A DNA stretch of 63,421 bases, filler included, from Licmophora abbreviata (lineage: Eukaryota): assembly GCA_900291995.1 (NCBI GenBank). It is 13 parts of 13 records of this genome, joined end to end, with 100 filler letters (N's around TTAATTAATTAA, not from the genome) between each part and the next. Parts side by side here need not be neighbours in the genome. Positions count along the whole stretch, not along the records: positions 56,060 to 60,977 come from OLMU01004221.1; positions 61,078 to 63,421 come from OLMU01004225.1; 11 more parts are not named here. One strand, 5' to 3'. The position numbers were made by a program, and so were the translations under genes. Under the pieces are notes generated by a model. The model was not told where the DNA came from. It saw nothing but the letters and a program-made list of their open reading frames with translations, and did not search any database. Below, piece after piece: positions 57,800 through 63,421 of this stretch (position 1 is its first letter; every line of letters starts with the position of its first letter).

Positions 57800-58230
57800 T
57801 GATGATATTCACTACTGGCTGCACGCATTTCTACTCCACGTCATTGGTTTCCCTGTCTGCCTTTGTTGACTTTCCCTTGCTCACCAACATGAGGAGCTTC
57901 TTCAAAGGGGGGTGAACACTTGTGTACTTGCGCCATTCTCGCATCGCTTCCGTGTGTTCACGAATGTGCTGGCTGACTGCCTTGGGGTCCGGTAGCATTG
58001 TGGGGCAAGTCAGGCTGGATGGGAGGACGGGGAGGAGGGTTGAAGGGGATGTCTTCACTGATGGTGATGTACACGGCTGGAGTGACGACGAGTCCGAGGT
58101 AACCATGTGATCCTCTGCCTCAGTTGGAGGGGACAGAGGCAGCATTGGCTTTGAGCTGCGTACGAAGGGTGGCGAGGGTTTCGAAGTTGGGAAGTCCATC
58201 ATTTTTGTTGACGGGAACAAAGGATCATCA
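57800..58230 (-). mobile_element. second copia gag N-terminal remnant
   Basis: GLPNFETLATLRTQLKANAASVPSN*GRGSHGYLGLVV..PFNPPPRP, with an in-frame stop at 58120-58122. Confidence 0.7.
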
Positions 58231-58500
58231 AGACTTAGCTTTCTCTCTTAAAGAGGCCAGAGAGGCAAAACCAAGGAGAATTCTAAGTTATGAGTGATAC
58301 TCGACTGATGTTGTGTGGAGATGGTCGTTGGCGCCGATTTGGCTGTTGCGAAGATGGCGCGCAACGTGATTGGGGATTGACCGCTGGCTCGTTAAACTCC
58401 GGGTGACTTGGTGACTCCGGGTGAATTGTGAAATCTACGGAAGACCCTACAGCGCTCACAAATACAGAGCCAACAGCAGACTGACGGGAAGGGCTTGAAG

Positions 58501-59308
58501 ATGACGATGATGTCTTCTTTTTCCCGCCGCACGGCCTTGACTGCGTGTGGACTGCCTCTGAGGCAGTCAAAAGGGTGTCTGAGCGTGCCGGTATTCGGCG
58601 GTAAAAGAGAGATGAGCTCGGAGAGCAAGGACAATCTTCTCCCCGTAAGCATGCGGGTGTGATCGCGCGCAGCGAGGAGACGCATTTCGAGGACCGTCAA
58701 CGTCTCTCACGCCTCTCCTTTTCTTTTTAATCTTGCAGACCTCATGGACGGACATATTTGAGCGCTCTTCAAAGATCTTCTTCATGACTGAAATCTGGCG
58801 TGCGATGTGGCTCTCGGCCGAGGTGGCCGTCAAGCCAAAGGTTACCATCAACTACCCCTACGAGAAGGGATACCTCAGTCCTCGGTTCCGCGGGGAGCAC
58901 GCACTTCGTCGTTATCCTTCAGGAGATGAACGCTGCATCGCTTGCAAGCTCTGTGAAGCTGCCTGTCCCGCGCAGGCCATTACCATTCAAGCTGAGGAGC
59001 GCGAAGATGGGGCTCGGCGAACTACGCAATACGACATTGATATGACGAAGGTGAGTCCGGGAATTGAAGGATGTCACTATTTGTAGCAATGTCAACTAAC
59101 CATCCATTTTCTCCACCCAAAGTGTATCTATTGCGGATTCTGTCAGGAAGCTTGCCCAGTGGATGCCATTGTGGAAGGACCGAACTACGAGTTTGCCACA
59201 GAGACGCACGAGGAGTTGCTCTACGACAAGGAAAAGCTCCTTTCCAACGGAGACAAGTGGGAGAAGCAAATTGCCAGAAACTTGATGAGTGAACACCTCT
59301 ACCGTTAG
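58501..59308 (+). CDS. NDUFS8: mitochondrial complex I TYKY subunit; exons 58501-58644, 58739-59050, 59123-59308
   Basis: [56 protein letters not shown]; Arg/Ser-rich presequence. Confidence 0.98.
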
Positions 59309-59433
59309 GAATACCCAGCTGCCTAGCAACAAATCCTTGTGACAAGGGACTACATATCTGACACGGGCACCAGGTAGTTCTAGTAGAATTCGAGGAGTCT
59401 CTATTTCATTAATGTTGTAGTAAGAAGATTGAC

Positions 59434-60870
59434 TCATTCATCTGTGACGACGAGCGTATGAAGCCATCCTCTGTGGACACTTCGTATGCGTTCGTCCTCA
59501 AAATGATCCATCCATGCAGGAGTGAATACTGCGTGTTTTCTAAGTTCCTCGTCCTCCCAAAGGTGTACCTGGACTACCTGTTCTCCATTCTTGCCGATAA
59601 TTGTTGTCCGATCAAAGTGAGCTTCAAACTGACGACAAGGCATCTCAATTACTCCTGCCTGCACAATCTCAATGGGCTCGAGGATTGGTTTCGTTGTATC
59701 GGAACTTATTCCCACTGCCCAAACACTGCCATCGTCCATGAGAATTGCCGTGTGATGTGATCCACATGATATGTCAAGCACAGTCTTGTCCTTGGGAAGC
59801 CCTTCCAGCTCAATAGGGAAGAAGGCATCGACCGCCTTGCCCCAGTCATCCGACGACGTCGGAGCGGCTACGTTCTTTCCCCATACAAAGACGAGGTTGT
59901 CCTCCGTAGCGGCAGCCGAGTGATTCAAGCCGGCTGCAATCTGCCGTATTCTTGGGGAATCAAGAGTGTGACGAGCGCCATCCCTGGTAACGCGAAATTC
60001 CTTCACCAGCTGTGCGTACGCAACGTTCCGGTCTGAAATCGCGCCGATGCCCAGTTGGCCCCTCTCACCTTTCCCCCACGAAAACAGCTCTCCAACTTCG
60101 TTAACTGCAAGACCATGCTGAAGGCCAAGTGCTACTCGCACGATGGGATGTTCTTGAGCAAGCCTGTCTCGTCCATCTACAGCGAAGACAGAACTCAGTC
60201 CCATGACAGGGGACGGCGTCCAAACGTTGTTGCTGGTTTTGCCTGTTCCGCACTGGCCGTTATGGTTGAGACCAAAGGTAAACAGGTCACCTCCCTTGGT
60301 CAGGAATGCTGTCAGTCCTGCGCTAATGTCGATTTGAGTGACATCTCCATGGCCGTTCACGGAAGACCATTCTGCGACAACAGAGTTCTTTCGAGCGTCG
60401 TCCCATTGACCCTCAGGTTCATCCGCCGATCCCGTCATCAAAGACACGATCTTCCCAGCGACAGAGGACGCAAAAGATTCACTCTCTCCCATCGCGTCAT
60501 GAAGCGTTTGCTGAACTGCATAATCGCGCACAAACGTTGGGAGCCGTCTCAACCGGAGCAGCGCTGACAGTTCATGTGGACGCCCGGCAATCAGAAGCTC
60601 CGAAGAGCCGGTGGTTATCGCAGAGTGACCCCATCCGGCGGACACCGAGACAACTGACCCCTTCTCACTCGTATCGTACACCAGCAAGGGAGGGCCGTCG
60701 GGCGCTCCTTCTTGCTCGTCCTCGTGTCCAGGAATTGTCCTGAGAAGGTCCGACGCACCCGTGCCAAAGGCACCGGTCCACCCCTCTCCCATGGCGTATA
60801 CTGCCATTCCTCGTTTTGAAGACGAGCAGTACACTCTCCTGCCTGACCTCAGCAAAGTTCTCAGTCGCAT
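59434..60870 (-). CDS. RCC1-repeat protein with mitochondrial presequence (RCC1L-like)
   Basis: VSAGWGHS, TFGLNHNGQCG, VALGLQHG, SWGKGERGQLG, IAAGLNHS, ISCGSHHT. Confidence 0.88.
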   Translation of the reverse strand: MRLRTLLRSGRRVYCSSSKRGMAVYAMGEGWTGAFGTGASDLLRTIPGHEDEQEGAPDGPPLLVYDTSEKGSVVSVSAGWGHSAITTGSSELLIAGRPHELSALLRLRRLPTFVRDYAVQQTLHDAMGESESFASSVAGKIVSLMTGSADEPEGQWDDARKNSVVAEWSSVNGHGDVTQIDISAGLTAFLTKGGDLFTFGLNHNGQCGTGKTSNNVWTPSPVMGLSSVFAVDGRDRLAQEHPIVRVALGLQHGLAVNEVGELFSWGKGERGQLGIGAISDRNVAYAQLVKEFRVTRDGARHTLDSPRIRQIAAGLNHSAAATEDNLVFVWGKNVAAPTSSDDWGKAVDAFFPIELEGLPKDKTVLDISCGSHHTAILMDDGSVWAVGISSDTTKPILEPIEIVQAGVIEMPCRQFEAHFDRTTIIGKNGEQVVQVHLWEDEELRKHAVFTPAWMDHFEDERIRSVHRGWLHTLVVTDE

Positions 60871-61293
60871 GGTATTCGTTTAGTGAGGTCGAGCCGCCGA
60901 AGCACTTCGTCGACGATGATCGCACCACGGCGGGTATGATGAGAGTCGATCGGCGGGATGTCGAAACTCGAAACGAANNNNNNNNNNNNNNNNNNNNNNN
61001 NNNNNNNNNNNNNNNNNNNNNTTAATTAATTAANNNNNNNNNNNNNNNNNNNNNNNNNNNNNNNNNNNNNNNNNNNNTGAGGAAAAAATGACAGGACGCA
61101 CGGCTCATGCCTCGTCTCCCGTCGCAGTAGGCCAACAGAGATCCCACGTTAGTCCTTGCGGAGCATACAGTGAGGTGGAACGACCGCAGGCTTGTGGAAT
61201 TTTCTGATAGGTCACGGTAGGAGGTTTGTAAACGGCACATAAAGAGAGAAAACCGAAAGAAGTTCGGATCTGGTAGTTTCGGCCGTTGTGAAA

Positions 61294-62712
61294 ATGACCG
61301 AGTCAAGCGGGCTGCGCAGAGGTCGCCCCGTTCTCTTTGGCCTGTTCCTGCTTTCCATTATTGTCTCGCTTGGAATGCTATCGCAGTCTCTGCACTATTC
61401 CAGGGGCGGGATGTCTCCGGATCTTAGCTTTCTGGCTCCCGTAGTAGATGAAGCACCGGCTGCCGGTCGCTCAGTCTCGATAGAAGCGACAGTCAAGCCG
61501 TCGGAAGCGTCTCCCATCCCCACCAGTACCAAAAAGAACCCTCCACCAGAGAAAACTGTTGCCCCACAAGTCATTGCATTCGCCATAACGGTCACTGAAT
61601 GCTCTCCTTCAGCATTCTCGTACTTGGATGGGGCCGCGGTCATGGCTTATGCCATCGACAAGCACTCCATACGAAATCCCAAGAGCGGAGCGAAATACGA
61701 TTACAAGCTATACGCCTTTCTCCATCCAGACGCGGCCAACTGCACCGATGCACTGAGCTTGATTGGATACAATGTACAGATTAAGCCGACGCCGATCAAC
61801 GTGGAAGACATACGGGGACCTCACAAGGAGTTCGTCGATGGAGCTGGATGTTGTGGAGCCAAGGAGTTTCTCAAACTCTACTCATATACTCTGACTGACC
61901 ATCCGATCGTTGTGCACTTTGATACGGATATGCTGCTACTCAAACCCCTCGACGACCTGTTTGATGCTATGTTGGAAGGTACCTCTTCTCCTGCACGGGA
62001 ACGCTTGCCCGTCATGTGGACAAGCAATTCCACCGAGCTACCGGGGCGGATAGAGGCCTTCTTTACACGAGACTACAACATGATGTTGCCTGGCTCTCGT
62101 CCAACGCATCAAACGGCGGTACAAGGTGGATTTTTAGTGATTCGCCCGAACGTGACTCAGTTTGAAATGTACCGCGAGATCATTCTCGAAGGTGACTACA
62201 TGCCAGATGACGGGTGGGGCTCTTCGAAGGGACTGCGCTTCGGTGGCTTTTATGGAGCGCCACAGATCCAAGGACTGTGTACATATTTCTTTGGACACGC
62301 TCGTGCGGGACACTCGGTGGAGCTGAATCGGTGTCGAATCAACAGCATGGCGGACACTCCTTATGCCAACGAAAAGGGATACGAAGGCAAATGCAGGACG
62401 CAGGAGGAAGAATGCGAGAACTGTGCACAGACCAATCTGACGGATATCATGCTCGTTCACTACACTGTCTGTGGGAAACCCTGGTCGTGTCGCGAGCACA
62501 AGGAAGATCTCTGTGGCGCAATGCTCGAGGAGTGGTTTGTCTATCGGAATGAAATGGAGGAAAAATGGTCCGAGGAGCATGCGTCGTACAATACGACAGC
62601 GATACGGCTCAAAAAGCCTGTGGATGGGAATAAGGAGCTACGACAAGTCACGTTTTGCGAGAAAGGGCGTTACGCTTCTGTTCGATATCCAAGAGAACTA
62701 ACGAAGAAATAG
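61294..62712 (+). CDS. GT8-like type II membrane glycosyltransferase
   Basis: TM anchor; CCGAKEFLKLYSY, VVHFDTD (DxD), QGGFLV.RP, HYTVCGKPW. Confidence 0.85.
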   Translation: MTESSGLRRGRPVLFGLFLLSIIVSLGMLSQSLHYSRGGMSPDLSFLAPVVDEAPAAGRSVSIEATVKPSEASPIPTSTKKNPPPEKTVAPQVIAFAITVTECSPSAFSYLDGAAVMAYAIDKHSIRNPKSGAKYDYKLYAFLHPDAANCTDALSLIGYNVQIKPTPINVEDIRGPHKEFVDGAGCCGAKEFLKLYSYTLTDHPIVVHFDTDMLLLKPLDDLFDAMLEGTSSPARERLPVMWTSNSTELPGRIEAFFTRDYNMMLPGSRPTHQTAVQGGFLVIRPNVTQFEMYREIILEGDYMPDDGWGSSKGLRFGGFYGAPQIQGLCTYFFGHARAGHSVELNRCRINSMADTPYANEKGYEGKCRTQEEECENCAQTNLTDIMLVHYTVCGKPWSCREHKEDLCGAMLEEWFVYRNEMEEKWSEEHASYNTTAIRLKKPVDGNKELRQVTFCEKGRYASVRYPRELTKK

Positions 62713-62766
62713 CACGAATTGTCAATGTAGTGCGTTGCCATTGTGGTGTTACGCGGTTCTACTGTT

Positions 62767-63421
62767 TTAACACAATGCATTGCTTGTGACATTCAAGACT
62801 TCGCAAGCAAGTCGTGCATACTTTTCCGAGTAGCCTTTCTTTGTCACCTGCGCTTGGCGCTGCCTTCCGTATCCCAAATGTACAAACGGAGCTCCCAAGT
62901 ACACGTCAACGGTCAAGTTCTTCATCCAGTTCATAACCTTAATCTGTATCTCATCAAAAGATTTCGGCTTCATCTCCCATCGTTTCAGCTGTTCTGGTGT
63001 AAAGAACATGGCATTTAGACAGACACGGTACCCAGGAGGAAACGTCCTGCTGCCTTCTAGACTGCGAAGCGTCTCGCCCTTCGTCAAGAAAAGGTCATGC
63101 AGCGCTTGCCAGGATTTGGGATGCTTTTCGAATTCTTTGACGCTCGGCAGCCCAATGACATCTTTTCCACCGTAGCTTTCCACCGGCAGTGGAAGTTGCA
63201 AGTCCGGTGTCTCTTGAATAATTCCATCCAGCCGAAGCTGGTAGTCAATGAGTTTGTTATTGACGACCATCCCACTCACCCACGAGACCTCTGGGTGTGC
63301 CCGCGTGTATTCCAATGCCCTGGTGATCGCTCCTCCAGTTGGTAGGTACACGATATCGTCATCGATCTTGACAAAAGTCGAGTTTTGGTATTCTTGCCGC
63401 TCATAGTCCTGAAAAATGCGA
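62767..63421 (-). CDS. GT-A-like protein, 5' end outside window
   Basis: STFVKIDDDIVYL DxD-type motif; VSGMVVNN. Confidence 0.6.
   Translation of the reverse strand, partial: RIFQDYERQEYQNSTFVKIDDDIVYLPTGGAITRALEYTRAHPEVSWVSGMVVNNKLIDYQLRLDGIIQETPDLQLPLPVESYGGKDVIGLPSVKEFEKHPKSWQALHDLFLTKGETLRSLEGSRTFPPGYRVCLNAMFFTPEQLKRWEMKPKSFDEIQIKVMNWMKNLTVDVYLGAPFVHLGYGRQRQAQVTKKGYSEKYARLACEVLNVTSNALC

Larger units (their letters stand above)
1809..61077. other. 12 artificial 100-nt scaffold spacers (N44-TTAATTAATTAA-N44) at 1809-1908, 8080-8179, 12126-12225, 15285-15384, 18200-18299, 24674-24773, 48331-48430, 49652-49751, 52394-52493, 54629-54728, 55960-56059, 60978-61077
   Basis: Identical N-flanked 12-mer giving stops in all six frames; genes continue across several of them. 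Confidence 0.98.

Noticed and set aside
58501..60870. NDUFS8 and mitochondrial RCC1 protein adjacency as a functional cluster
   Set aside because: Two convergent housekeeping genes; adjacency alone is uninformative

Overview
Eukaryotic, intron-containing draft scaffold, most likely from a pennate diatom. Evidence for that: short GT-AG introns, bipartite signal+ASAFAP-like plastid presequences, AdoMetDC-aminopropyltransferase-SET fusions and CoDi-like Ty1/copia remnants. Thirteen contigs are joined by 12 artificial 100-nt N/TTAATTAATTAA spacers. About 30 genes are supported, including DUF3119, GNAT, PEX11-like, dynamitin, NDH-2, LtrA, GT49, two membrane-PDZ proteins, a C2 protein, an RBBP5-like protein, MATE, a type I signal peptidase, PGS1, a Trx-NTR fusion, a sulfotransferase, NDUFS8, RCC1 and GT8. 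Two highlights stand out. (1) A predicted plastid type II NADH dehydrogenase carries four regularly spaced SDLAREWAARN motifs in a disordered arm; these resemble the Rubisco-binding sticker of the diatom pyrenoid linker PYCO1, so the enzyme may be pyrenoid-tethered. (2) A ~14 kb gap-free block holds two tandem long-chain-polyamine synthase fusions (one with degenerate AdoMetDC and SET sites), a divergent MATE transporter and a secreted pseudo-SET/ATP-grasp fusion, which may be a polyamine synthesis/export/ligation cluster. All family calls come from motif recognition by eye; no database searches were run.
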